Part shown: piece by piece, positions 19,370-28,548 of the stretch
Layout of the letters: each line of letters starts with the position of its first letter
Numbering within the stretch: position 1 is the stretch's first letter
Source: Myxococcales bacterium
GTDB lineage: Bacteria > Desulfobacterota > Binatia > HRBIN30
DNA: 64,000 nucleotides
Direction of reading: 5' to 3'
Assembly (NCBI GenBank): GCA_037445065.1
Contig: JBBILD010000001.1
Location: 195,753-259,752 of the forward strand
Made by a program: the position numbers and the translations under genes
Notes under the pieces: generated by a model
What the model was told of the DNA's origin: nothing
Databases searched by the model: none
What the model saw: the letters and a program-made list of their open reading frames with translations, nothing else

Positions 19370-20451
19370 CGCTGGGCTCCTTCACTTGCCTCGGCTTGTA
19401 CGGGAGCTGTTCCTTGCACAAGCACGGAGGCGCCATCCTCGAGCCTGCTCAAGCCGCTAACGGCAACTCGGTCGCCCTCGCAAAGTCCTTTGCGTACCTC
19501 GAGCCAACCGTTGGCGAGCCTCTCGCCCAGTTCCACCTCGCGCGCCCAAGCGCGGTTACCCTCGATTACGAACACGCGATCAATGCCGGCGAAGCGGACA
19601 ACCGACTCCTGCGGAATGGAAAGTGCAGAGTCGTCCTCACGCACCACGATGGCTGCGTTGGCGAAAAACCCGGGCTTCAGTTTGCGCTGGGGGTTGGAGA
19701 CCAGAGCCTCCACAGTCACCGACCGGTTTTGCGCATTCGAACTGGGAGCAACCCTGGCCAACTTGCCGGTAAACACTTCTTGCCCGTAGGCATCCACGCG
19801 GATTTCTACGGACTGGCCAGAGGCGATCTCTGGCACGAACCGCTCTGGCACCTCGCCGCGAAGCTTGAGTGGATCGAGCACGACCAACGCAAACAATGGA
19901 GATCCCGGGCGAACGTACTCACCGGCGGACACAAACCTCTTGGCAACCGAAGCGCGCAGAGGGGAGGTGACCCGTGCGTGCCGCAAGGTCACGGCTAGGC
20001 TATCGCGCTGGGCCTGGGCCACGTCAGCCGCCGTTTTGCGCTGCTCGTACTCCTGCGGCGAAATGATCTGTCCAGTGACAAGCTGGCGGGCCCGCACCTC
20101 GTCCGCGCGCGCCTTCGCCAAGTTTGCTTCCGCCTCGCGCAAGCGAGCCTGCCAAAGATCGTCATCAATCTCTGCGAGCAGAGCACCGGCCTCGATTTCG
20201 TCTGCAACGTCCGCGTAAAGCCGCTGCACCTGCCCTTCGACTTGGCTCGACAGAGTCACCTCGTCGTGCCCGTACAGCGTTCCGACGAAATGCACCTTCC
20301 GCTGCACTCTTTGGAGAACCACCTGCGCGATACGCACAGGCACCGCGCTCTCTGGTGTTTGCGCGGGAGGGGAAGCCTGAGAGGACCCCGCCCGACCACA
20401 GGCTGCAGAGAGCGACAAACTGAGCAACAAAGGGATGACAAACTGGCGCAT
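19366..20451 (-). CDS. RND periplasmic adaptor subunit, probable lipoprotein
   Basis: MRQFVIPLLLSLSLSAACG lipobox-like signal, SSQVEGQV, SAGEYVRPGSPLF, LKPGFFA. GTG at 20469 is an alternative start. Confidence 0.9.
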   Translation of the reverse strand: MRQFVIPLLLSLSLSAACGRAGSSQASPPAQTPESAVPVRIAQVVLQRVQRKVHFVGTLYGHDEVTLSSQVEGQVQRLYADVADEIEAGALLAEIDDDLWQARLREAEANLAKARADEVRARQLVTGQIISPQEYEQRKTAADVAQAQRDSLAVTLRHARVTSPLRASVAKRFVSAGEYVRPGSPLFALVVLDPLKLRGEVPERFVPEIASGQSVEIRVDAYGQEVFTGKLARVAPSSNAQNRSVTVEALVSNPQRKLKPGFFANAAIVVREDDSALSIPQESVVRFAGIDRVFVIEGNRAWAREVELGERLANGWLEVRKGLCEGDRVAVSGLSRLEDGASVLVQGTAPVQAEASEGAQR

Positions 20452-20461
20452 AGAACCGAAC

Positions 20462-21097
20462 CTATTCACTGCTGCCCGCGAGCGCTGCGCGGGCCCGGAC
20501 GCGGCGCTCAGACCCCGGGCGCTTCTGGAGTCCGAACAAAAAGAGCTGCGCAACCGTCTCGGCCACTTCCTCCGGCCGGTCCGAGTCGAGACGGTAAACG
20601 CAAACGCTGCGGATCATACCGAGAAAAGCCTCCGTGGCTAGCCGCGCATTCAGCCGGGCTGCCTCGCCGCGCACGGCCGCCCGCCGGATGACCTCGCTCA
20701 GCATGCGCACAATCTCGCTACGACGTGCTTGCCACTCCGCGCGCTCGTGGTCCTTCAACTTCGGCTCCAAGCGATGCAGCAGCACGAAAAAATCGCGCTT
20801 GCGCCAGAAATAGCCAATCAGCGTACGAGCCAGGCGGGCAATCGTTTCTGGGAGCGGCGTGTTTTTTTGGAGCACGGCAGTGACCGTTGCATGCAACTCG
20901 GTCAGACCTTCTCCGATGGCGGCCAGGTACAGCTCCTCCTTGGAGCGGAAGTAGCGGTACAACGTGCCCTTGCCGATCCCAGCTCGCGCCGCGATCTCGT
21001 CCGTCAGGACCTCGTGAAAATCCGCGTGCGCAAACACCTCCTCCGCCGCTTTGACGATGGCTTGCCGAGTGGCATCACTTTTTTTTCTGCCGGCCAT
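20462..21097 (-). CDS. TetR/AcrR family transcriptional regulator
   Basis: TRQAIVKAAEEVFA...DEIAARAGIGKGTLYRYFRSKEEL HTH signature. First gene of the efflux operon. Confidence 0.95.
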   Translation of the reverse strand: MAGRKKSDATRQAIVKAAEEVFAHADFHEVLTDEIAARAGIGKGTLYRYFRSKEELYLAAIGEGLTELHATVTAVLQKNTPLPETIARLARTLIGYFWRKRDFFVLLHRLEPKLKDHERAEWQARRSEIVRMLSEVIRRAAVRGEAARLNARLATEAFLGMIRSVCVYRLDSDRPEEVAETVAQLFLFGLQKRPGSERRVRARAALAGSSE

Positions 21098-21111
21098 GGT
21101 TTGTTTCCAGC

Positions 21112-21141
21112 ATTGTGAAACGGACTAGTCCGTTTCACAAT
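21112..21141. promoter_or_regulatory. Perfect 30-bp palindrome, likely operator of the adjacent TetR regulator
   Basis: ATTGTGAAACGGACTAGTCCGTTTCACAAT equals its own reverse complement, lies 14 bp upstream of the tetR ATG and overlaps the predicted -10. Confidence 0.85.
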
Positions 21142-21164
21142 ACCAGGGACCGGCGTTGTGTCAA
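21137..21164 (-). promoter_or_regulatory. Sigma70-type promoter for the tetR/efflux operon
   Basis: Minus strand TTGACA (21164-21159), 16-bp spacer, then extended TG-G-TATTGT with the -10 at 21142-21137. Confidence 0.65.
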
Positions 21165-21260
21165 TGCGGCGTGGTGTTAGCCAGCCGAGCGAGGTGCGGC
21201 TCGCGAGCAGGCGCGAGTTGTGCCGGTCATTCGATGCTCGCCCGGTAAAAAGGGCGCGGC

Positions 21261-22448
21261 TCAGCCCGTTGCAGCGAAGGGAACGTGATCGAAGCCGTGC
21301 ACGTTGCTCATGTGAGCGCGCACGCAACGAGCTTCGTCCACCTCGTACGCTGGGAACCGAATGAGGAATTCTTCGAGCGCAACCCGGGCCTCGAGACGAG
21401 CCAGCGCCGCCCCTAGGCAAAAGTGCACCCCGTAGCCAAAGCCCAGATGTTGCGAGATCGTGCGGTCGATATCGAAGCGATCCGGGTCGGGAAACTCGCG
21501 CGGGTCGCGGTTCGCGGCACCGGTGAGAAGCAAGATGCGGGCTCCCTCCGGCACGGTTTGTCCATACCAGTCAACAGCGCGGGTCAGAGTTCGCCCTTGA
21601 TACTGCGAGGGCGGCCAAAAACGAAGCACCTCCTCGATGGCTTGCGGGATCTTACCAGGAGAAGCGCATAGTTTTTCCCACTCGCTGCGAAAGCGGCAAA
21701 ACAGCACCGCCGCATTGCCCAGCAGGCGGGTTACCGTTTCGTTCCCGGCTGCCCCGAGTAGGGCACAAAAGCCCGCGATCTCTCCATCCGTCAAGCGCGT
21801 TGGCTGGCCATTCTCGTCTTCCACTTGCGCGTCGATCAAGGATGCGATCAGGCCAGGCTGCGGCCGCTTTCGGTACTCCCCGACTAGTTGAAACCAGTAG
21901 CGCACCAGGTGCATGCTGGCCTCGATGGCCCGTGCCGGAATCGACGGACTGCCATGATCCCGCTCGAGCGCCGCATCCATCCAGCGGCGCAAGGGTACGC
22001 GGTCCTGAGACGGTACCCCGAGCAGGGTGAAAATCACCTCGCGTGGTAAGGGCGCGGCAAAATCAGCAATGAAGTCACCCTCCCCAGCGCGAACCAACGG
22101 TTCGAGCAACTCCCGTGTCAGGGAGCGCACAAAGGGCTCGAGTTCGGCGATGCGGCGCGGAGTGAAGACGCTACTCACCAGTTTGCGCAGCCGGTCATGA
22201 CGAGGCGGGTCCATGAAGATCATCATCGGGGTCAGTTCGAATAGAGTCGTATCGATCCGCTCGAGGGTGACCCCGTCGCGCGAGCTGTAGGTCTTCCAAT
22301 CGAGGGAGGCCTGAAGCACGTCGCGAAAGCGGGCTAGAGCATAAAAGTCGAGGTTCGGGTTGTAATACAGAGGCTCGTGTTCGAGGAGGTAACGGTACAC
22401 TGGGTAGGGGTTATCATGAAACTCGTACGAGAACGGATTGAGTTCCAT
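21261..22448 (-). CDS. Cytochrome P450
   Basis: MDPPRHDRLRKLV, I-helix GAAGNETV, EVLR (ExxR), and heme-thiolate motif FGYGVHFCLG. Confidence 0.97.
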   Translation of the reverse strand: MELNPFSYEFHDNPYPVYRYLLEHEPLYYNPNLDFYALARFRDVLQASLDWKTYSSRDGVTLERIDTTLFELTPMMIFMDPPRHDRLRKLVSSVFTPRRIAELEPFVRSLTRELLEPLVRAGEGDFIADFAAPLPREVIFTLLGVPSQDRVPLRRWMDAALERDHGSPSIPARAIEASMHLVRYWFQLVGEYRKRPQPGLIASLIDAQVEDENGQPTRLTDGEIAGFCALLGAAGNETVTRLLGNAAVLFCRFRSEWEKLCASPGKIPQAIEEVLRFWPPSQYQGRTLTRAVDWYGQTVPEGARILLLTGAANRDPREFPDPDRFDIDRTISQHLGFGYGVHFCLGAALARLEARVALEEFLIRFPAYEVDEARCVRAHMSNVHGFDHVPFAATG

Positions 22449-22697
22449 CGCACGGTTGCTGTACCACGGAGCGAAAAATCACCACAAGCCTCGGGGGAGG
22501 CGGAGCCCCGCGACCTGTGGATGAAGAGGGCGCACCCTGGGGCAGACGGGATTTTCATGGTACCTCGGGCGAAAAAACGCAGGCCGCCGCGAGTCGTTGG
22601 AGTCGGTTCGAGGTAACGGTACGCGGAGCGCAACCTGCCCAGGTAGGCCTCCGTTACGGGAGGGGTAGAGGCAGCTCCACGGGTATAAGGCTTACCC

Positions 22698-23270
22698 TTA
22701 GTTCGAAAGCCGAGTGCGCTGCCCCGTTTTCTTGCCCCGTTCTTTTGCTTGCTCGAGACGGGCCCGTTCCGCGCGCAGCCGGCGGCGGATCGAGGGGGCG
22801 AGGACCACCTTGTGTTGGCGACCGACGACTCGGTGCTGGTTGGCCAGCGCCGCGGCGCCGGTGGTCCCAGTCTGTTCACCGCGAATTTGGAACACGCGCA
22901 AGCGGTAGCGCAGCGCAGCCGCATCGATCCCCAACACAGAACAAATGTTTTCGTAAGAAAACGGCCAAGATGGGTCGGACTTGGCGATCCACGCCTCGGC
23001 TTCTCGCACCAGGCGTCTTGGGTTACGGCCAGCGCGGCCAGCGTACTTCAGGATCGTGTATACGGCATCTTCTAGGACCGCGAGCATCAAGCGTTGCTCT
23101 GGTGAGCTGATTCTGCAGGAAAGCGGCAAGTAGAACTGGTCGGGCAAGAGGATTTCGCTCGTGATCAGCGCTTTCGCTCCGGTTGCGGTGTGTGCGCCAA
23201 CGTCTTGAATGGCAATTGCGTGCTCGACGCCAACAGGATCGGTCCCGCCGGGGAGGATTTTTCCTGACAT
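22698..23270 (-). CDS. Hypothetical helical protein, paralog of 42860-43273
   Basis: Core LPDQF...PEQRLMLAVLEDAV...REAEAWI..SDPSWPFSYENICSVLGID aligns by eye with the ORF at 42860-43273. Basic C-terminal tail. Start uncertain. Confidence 0.75.
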   Translation of the reverse strand: MSGKILPGGTDPVGVEHAIAIQDVGAHTATGAKALITSEILLPDQFYLPLSCRISSPEQRLMLAVLEDAVYTILKYAGRAGRNPRRLVREAEAWIAKSDPSWPFSYENICSVLGIDAAALRYRLRVFQIRGEQTGTTGAAALANQHRVVGRQHKVVLAPSIRRRLRAERARLEQAKERGKKTGQRTRLSN

Positions 23271-23371
23271 GATGCCAACTGGGGACGGAAAAAGCCCCAC
23301 TTTTATGGCAAGCAAAAAAACAGGGCACCCGGTTACCCGAGTGCCCTGCGGAGCATTGGTCCTGTCCGCGA

Positions 23372-26230
23372 CTACTGGAGGTTCAGGAAAATCGTGATCA
23401 CTTGATTCAGGCGCGATACCTCGCGGCCAATCGGCTGCAGGCCTAACAACGAAGGTAGAGGTAACGAGCCGAGCCCGCCGGCAAGGGAGGGCAGGAACTG
23501 CTGGACCAAGGTCGGCACCACGCTCTGGATTTCGGAGTCGGTCACACCCAGCGGGTTGACGAGAAGAACGGTGGTCACATCATTCGGGTCAATGTTGCTG
23601 ATCACGAAGGAGAGGGAGTTGGTGGAAGCATCGTAATTGAGCTGCAACCCGGTTCGCGCGTCGATGGCACCGCGCAGGTACAGCGTGCTTCCATCCACTG
23701 AGGTGATCGAGATCAGCAAGTGAGCCAACTTGAGTTCCGCCAAGTCACCCGGGTTGGGCCCCAGATTCCCGGTCAGTACCGGCGCAATTGTCGGCGCAAT
23801 GCTGATCTTGAGCGGGGTGCCAGGCGGCAAGTTGCCGAACGCGGGTAAGAAGACGGCGAGCAGGTCGGAGGTGATTTGCACCGGACCGGTGCCCAAGTCG
23901 ATCTCCGTGATGTCGAAGTTCAGGATACCATTCTCGGTGAGGGCCTTGAGCAACTGGTTCATGGCAGAAGTGCCAAGCGAAATTGCCATGTGGTAGGTGA
24001 GGCCCTGTACCGGAGTGGTCGTGCCGTAGGTCGGGAAGCCCTCGGGAACGTGCAGGGACGCGGTGAAGTCCGGCGTGTACGGGGGTTTATTGGGTGCCGT
24101 GATGCGCGCGTTGATCCCAAAGGTGATGCCGTTGTTGTCAGGACTCACGAAGTTGAACGGCGCATCGAGTTGGACACCTAAGGCGCCTCCGATCGGTCCG
24201 GCAATCGAAAGGTTCGACAGCGCTGTTTGCATCGCGCCAGCGATGACGGAATCTTGCGGGCCCGAGCCGTCAGGATCCTTGAGGTAGTTCACCAAAGCGT
24301 TTCGTGCCTCGGTTTGCAGATCCACGAACAGCGGTGCGAGGAAATCTACGACATCGCATGCGAATCCACCTTCGATCTCACCGTTGAATCCGTTGAAGGT
24401 TACCGTAACGTCGCCTTGCTGATTTACGTCGAGGAAGGATGGGTCCGAAGGCAGGGGTTGGAGTGTGTGATTACTGCGGATCAGGACCGATGAAGCTGTG
24501 ATTCGCACGTAGCAATCTGGCACTACGCCAAAGTTGTCTAGGAACAGACGGATGAAGACGTTGTACAACGTGATATCGAGCAAGACGAAGCCGGTCTGCG
24601 AGTCGATGTTAATGGCCATCGAGCTGAACGACGGCGCGGGCGAAGCGATGAAAACTTTGTCAATGCCTCCGGCGCACGCGCCGAAAACACTGACCACACA
24701 GATGTCGTCGTCGGAAATCAAGGTTCCCGGTGGCAGCAGCGTCGCGAGGTCGAGAGGAATCATGCTCTGGATCACGGGTTCCAGTCTGTCGAAACCAGAG
24801 TCGTTGATGCGCAGCCCGATCGCGTTCGTCGAGAAGCCGCCATCAGGTACGGATTGCCCGCGAATGATCACCCTGCGATCCCGCCGCACGAAGCCCGTGC
24901 TGGGCACGGTGAGTTGCGCCAGCACCGGGTTGAAGATCCGGGCCGCATCCAGCGGTACGTTAATTGAGAAGTTGTTACTGCCGTCGAGCGTTACGGGCGT
25001 CCCATTCACGGTAACCTGCTGGCCGGGCACTGGGTTCACTACATGCCCCGTCACCGTGGCTGTTGACGCCGTTGTGAACACCCCGTGGCTGGGCGAGTCG
25101 AGGAAGATTTCCGGAGCAGGTGTCGGGGTAAAGGTCGGAGTCACGGTCGGGGTTCGGGTCGGCGTGTGGGTGCGTGTGGGCGTATGGGTGACTGTCGGGG
25201 TTCGGGTCGGTGTGTCCGTCCGGGTGGGCGTATGAGTGCGGGTGGGAGTGTCCGTCTTTGTCGGAGTGTGGGTGCGGGTTGGAGTGGCGGTTGGGGTGTC
25301 GGTCCGCGTCGGCGTGCTCGTCGGGGTGGGTGTCGGGGTCTTCGTGATGGTCGGTGTGCGCGTCGGAGTGTCGGTCTTGGTCGGTGTCGCCGTTGCTGTT
25401 TCTGTCGGCGTTTCGGTTGGCGGCCGCGAGCCCGTCGGTGTCGGAGTCGCTGTCGGTACGGGTGGTTCGATGTGGCAACCTTGGTCGCATCCGTCGCCAT
25501 TGATGCGGTTGCCGTCGTCACAAGTCTCGTGATCGGGTTGGATCACGCCGTCACCGCAGGTGCTCGGTAAGCACTGCAGGCGCAGTGTGTCGCTATCCAA
25601 CAACCCACTGCTGGTGCGCGCGATGACGCGCACCGGGCGCGTACCCGGGCGGATTTTGCCGGACGCCTTCACCTTGAGAGGCACAACGAGGGAAACCGGT
25701 GCGCTGCAAGTGTTGAGGCTTGTATTTGTGCTGCCTGAACTAGTAGGCGTATTTTTGCGCATTACGGTGAGCCCGAAACCCACAGAGGCTTGGGTCTCTA
25801 GCGCTGCGAGGTTGGCAACATCGGCCGGATCCAAGCTCGTCGGTTTTGGCTTCTTCACCTCGAACGCGTCCAGGCCGCTCACAGAGCACAAGGGCAAGCG
25901 CGCATCGTTATTGTTGATACACAGTCGCACGGGGAATGTGCAGCTCCGGTTGGTGAGGTCGGGGTCCAAATCGCAACGCGGATCGCCTTCGTAACAGAAA
26001 TACTTGTTCTTTGGAAAACCGCTTGCCGTAAACTTGGGAGAGTCCGGGAAGGTGGTAACAGGCACCAGCCATTCGAGATGGCAGTCGGTAGTTTTGGACC
26101 CGCCGCCGGGAATACAATTGTTGAATCCCAGCCCGGCCGTGCAACTTTGCCCAATCACAGGTGAAACCCATGCACTCGCCACGATCGCCGCAACCAAAAA
26201 TCCGAACGCCATCCGCTTCGTTCGAATCAT
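23372..26230 (-). CDS. Large secreted multidomain protein: Cys-rich N-terminal domain, myxobacterial-type Cys repeat, Pro/Thr linker, Ig-like domain, BPI/LBP-like C-terminal region
   Basis: Signal peptide [49 protein letters not shown]; long (TP)n tract; [32 protein letters not shown] and [27 protein letters not shown] resemble BPI/LBP segments. AGGAAAGG RBS upstream. Confidence 0.8.
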   Translation of the reverse strand: MIRTKRMAFGFLVAAIVASAWVSPVIGQSCTAGLGFNNCIPGGGSKTTDCHLEWLVPVTTFPDSPKFTASGFPKNKYFCYEGDPRCDLDPDLTNRSCTFPVRLCINNNDARLPLCSVSGLDAFEVKKPKPTSLDPADVANLAALETQASVGFGLTVMRKNTPTSSGSTNTSLNTCSAPVSLVVPLKVKASGKIRPGTRPVRVIARTSSGLLDSDTLRLQCLPSTCGDGVIQPDHETCDDGNRINGDGCDQGCHIEPPVPTATPTPTGSRPPTETPTETATATPTKTDTPTRTPTITKTPTPTPTSTPTRTDTPTATPTRTHTPTKTDTPTRTHTPTRTDTPTRTPTVTHTPTRTHTPTRTPTVTPTFTPTPAPEIFLDSPSHGVFTTASTATVTGHVVNPVPGQQVTVNGTPVTLDGSNNFSINVPLDAARIFNPVLAQLTVPSTGFVRRDRRVIIRGQSVPDGGFSTNAIGLRINDSGFDRLEPVIQSMIPLDLATLLPPGTLISDDDICVVSVFGACAGGIDKVFIASPAPSFSSMAINIDSQTGFVLLDITLYNVFIRLFLDNFGVVPDCYVRITASSVLIRSNHTLQPLPSDPSFLDVNQQGDVTVTFNGFNGEIEGGFACDVVDFLAPLFVDLQTEARNALVNYLKDPDGSGPQDSVIAGAMQTALSNLSIAGPIGGALGVQLDAPFNFVSPDNNGITFGINARITAPNKPPYTPDFTASLHVPEGFPTYGTTTPVQGLTYHMAISLGTSAMNQLLKALTENGILNFDITEIDLGTGPVQITSDLLAVFLPAFGNLPPGTPLKISIAPTIAPVLTGNLGPNPGDLAELKLAHLLISITSVDGSTLYLRGAIDARTGLQLNYDASTNSLSFVISNIDPNDVTTVLLVNPLGVTDSEIQSVVPTLVQQFLPSLAGGLGSLPLPSLLGLQPIGREVSRLNQVITIFLNLQ
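25115..25465 (-). repeat. Coding Pro/Thr low-complexity tandem repeat (about 6-aa units such as [18 protein letters not shown])
   Basis: Translation TATPTPT...[55 protein letters not shown]... Degenerate at the DNA level; boundaries approximate. Confidence 0.9.
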
Positions 26231-26311
26231 ACGCGCTGCGACCCCCTTTCCTTTCGTTCTTCTTGCATAGCGAAAAGATCCCTGGCGGGACCTCCTCCCC
26301 AGCAGCATGGG

Positions 26312-26341
26312 GTTCTACGACGCCGCGCGCGCGGATGTCAA
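26312..26341 (-). promoter_or_regulatory. Possible sigma70 promoter for the large secreted protein gene
   Basis: Minus strand TTGACA (26341-26336), 18-bp spacer, TAGAAC (26317-26312). Overlaps an inverted repeat TCAACA-N7-TGTTGA at 26338-26356. Confidence 0.35.
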
Positions 26342-26577
26342 CAGGGAACTTGTTGATTTCTTCGTTCACCGGTCGGCGGGCAAGGGTTTGGTACCATGCT
26401 TGACCGATGTATGGGCAGGGCTAGGGTTGCTCGCTCACAGGTATGGGTGTCGGCGAAGGAGGGATCCGGTGAACATGTCCCTGACTGGAACGCTTGCTCT
26501 GCGCGCCGAGAGCAGACGGGCTTTAGTGGCGTGAAGTACTTGCGGGATCGGGGCGTGTTCGCGTCTTGGTTTTTTTC

Positions 26578-28506
26578 ATGAGTGCCAAGGACCGGACGAA
26601 CGGCGAGAAGCTGGCAGGGCCCGGGGAGCAAGCGCGAGCGTCTACCGCGGCGCTCGCCGTAGCCGCCCTCGGGGTCGTGTACGGCGACATTGGAACCTCA
26701 CCGCTGTACGCCGTACGGGAGTGCTTCATTGGCCCGCACGCTGTGCCTCTCACTCCAGCCAACGTGGTGGGGGTTTTGTCACTCGTGTTTTGGTCGCTCA
26801 CCGTGATCGTTTCCATCAAGTACCTTGTGTTCGTACTCCGCGCCGACAACGACGGGGAAGGTGGAATTCTGGCTTTGCTAGCTCTCCTCATGCCTTCCGC
26901 GGGGGACGCCTCTGGGCGCCGGGCAGCGCTGTTGGCTGTGGGCCTGTTCGGCGCTGCGTTGCTGTACGGCGATGGCATCATCACACCAGCGATTTCCGTG
27001 CTGTCGGCGGTGGAGGGTCTGCAGGTCGCCACGCACACCTTCGAGCCCTACATCGTCCCGATTGCGGCCGCCATCTTGCTCGGCCTCTTTTCCGTTCAGC
27101 GCCACGGCACCGGAGGGTTGGGCGCCGTCTTTGGTCCCACGATGTTGGTTTGGTTCGTGACCATTGGGGTACTGGGTTTGTGGGGGGTGTACCGGCTGCC
27201 GCACGGTGAGGTCTCGGTGTGGCAAGCCCTCAACCCTTGGCATGCGTTCGAGTTCTTTTGGCGGAACGGTTTGCACGGGTTTTTGATCCTCGGCGCGGTG
27301 GTCTTGTGCGTTACGGGGAGCGAGGCGTTGTACGCGGACCTCGGTCACTTTGGCGCCCGCCCGATTCGCTTATCCTGGTACCTGGTGGTGTTTCCTTGCT
27401 TGCTTCTCAATTACTTCGGCCAGGGGGCATTGCTGCTTGCGCGCGGGAGTTCGGTCGTGAACCCGTTTTTCGAGTTGGCCCCGGCTTGGTTCCTTTACCC
27501 GTTGGTTGGCTTGGCGACCGTGGCGACGGTCATTGCTTCTCAGGCACTGATCTCTGGGGCGTTCTCCCTCACCCAGCAGGCTTCGCAGCTCGGGTATCTT
27601 CCGCGTTTCAATATTGTGCACACCTCGGAGGCGCAGGCTGGGCAGATTTACATCCCCGAGGTGAATGTTGCGTTGATGGTGATGTGCTTGCTGCTGGTGT
27701 TGGGCTTCCAGACCTCGAGCGCATTGGCCGGGGCATATGGGCTGGCGGTGACCGGGACCATGACCGCCACTTCCGTCCTCTTTTACGCCGTCTGCCGGGA
27801 ACACTGGGGCTGGTCCTTACCCGTAGCGGCTTCCGTAGTGGGTCTCTTCCTGTTGTTTGACGGATCCTACTTGGTCGCGAACGCGGTAAAGATCGCGGAC
27901 GGCGGCTGGGTCCCGATGGCGATCGGCGGGGTGGTCTTCACCATTTTGACGACTTGGAAGCGGGGTCGCGCTGAGGTGGCCGAAATGCTCGCTCGCGCTA
28001 GCCTGCCAGTGGAGGTCTTTCTGGCGGACGTGCAAAACCAGAAACCCGTGCGCGTCGAGGGCACGGCTGTGGTGATGACCTCGTCGCCCTCGGGTGTTCC
28101 GGCTGTGCTGCTGCATTATTTCAAACACACTCGGACCCTCCACAAGCGAGTCGTGCTGCTCTCCATTTTGAGCGAAAAGCGGCCGCTCGTGCCGGACAAA
28201 GAGAAAATCGTGGTGACGGAACTCGGCCAGGGGTTTTACCGTGTGGTTGCACACTTCGGGTTCATGGAGACGCCGCGGATTCGTGACGTGTTGCGTTTTT
28301 GCCAGGCGAAAGGACTCTCCTTCGACCTGATGGCGACCACTTTCTTCTTGGGCCGCGAAACGCTCCTCCCCACCGGACGGGCGCGGATGGCGGGCTGGCG
28401 AAAGCGGCTCTACATCCTGCTGGCCCGTAACGCGCCCTCAGCGGCTTCGTTCTTCGAGATCCCACCCAACCGCGTGGTCGAACTCGGAACGCAACTGGAG
28501 CTTTAG
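26578..28506 (+). CDS. kup: KUP/HAK/KT family potassium transporter
   Basis: LGVVYGDIGTSPLYA, RADNDGEGGILAL, YGDGIITPAISVLSAVEGL, EALYADLGHFG, GQIYIPEVN, NRVVELGTQLEL. Confidence 0.97.
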   Translation: MSAKDRTNGEKLAGPGEQARASTAALAVAALGVVYGDIGTSPLYAVRECFIGPHAVPLTPANVVGVLSLVFWSLTVIVSIKYLVFVLRADNDGEGGILALLALLMPSAGDASGRRAALLAVGLFGAALLYGDGIITPAISVLSAVEGLQVATHTFEPYIVPIAAAILLGLFSVQRHGTGGLGAVFGPTMLVWFVTIGVLGLWGVYRLPHGEVSVWQALNPWHAFEFFWRNGLHGFLILGAVVLCVTGSEALYADLGHFGARPIRLSWYLVVFPCLLLNYFGQGALLLARGSSVVNPFFELAPAWFLYPLVGLATVATVIASQALISGAFSLTQQASQLGYLPRFNIVHTSEAQAGQIYIPEVNVALMVMCLLLVLGFQTSSALAGAYGLAVTGTMTATSVLFYAVCREHWGWSLPVAASVVGLFLLFDGSYLVANAVKIADGGWVPMAIGGVVFTILTTWKRGRAEVAEMLARASLPVEVFLADVQNQKPVRVEGTAVVMTSSPSGVPAVLLHYFKHTRTLHKRVVLLSILSEKRPLVPDKEKIVVTELGQGFYRVVAHFGFMETPRIRDVLRFCQAKGLSFDLMATTFFLGRETLLPTGRARMAGWRKRLYILLARNAPSAASFFEIPPNRVVELGTQLEL

Positions 28507-28548
28507 GCCAGTGCAGCCGGCAGCGGCAGAGTTCGCCGCTACCTTTTC

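Noticed and set aside
21079..21086. A8 homopolymer at the start of tetR (and G7 near 62715) as phase-variation tracts
   Set aside because: The runs are short, the reading frames are intact, and they are explained by Lys/Arg or Gly codons. There is no evidence of slippage without reads.
22600..22620. GGTTCGA as a tRNA T-loop
   Set aside because: No flanking T-stem, acceptor stem or cloverleaf can be built.
25115..25465. Repetitive GTCGG/GTGTG-rich tract as a CRISPR array or DNA repeat element
   Set aside because: It is a degenerate in-frame Pro/Thr linker with no identical repeats separated by unique spacers, and no cas genes are present.
26231..26577. c-di-AMP (ydaO) riboswitch upstream of kup
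   Set aside because: The conserved ydaO blocks (GCTGAATCC, GGGGxGAAT, CCGTCAGCTAAC) were not found.
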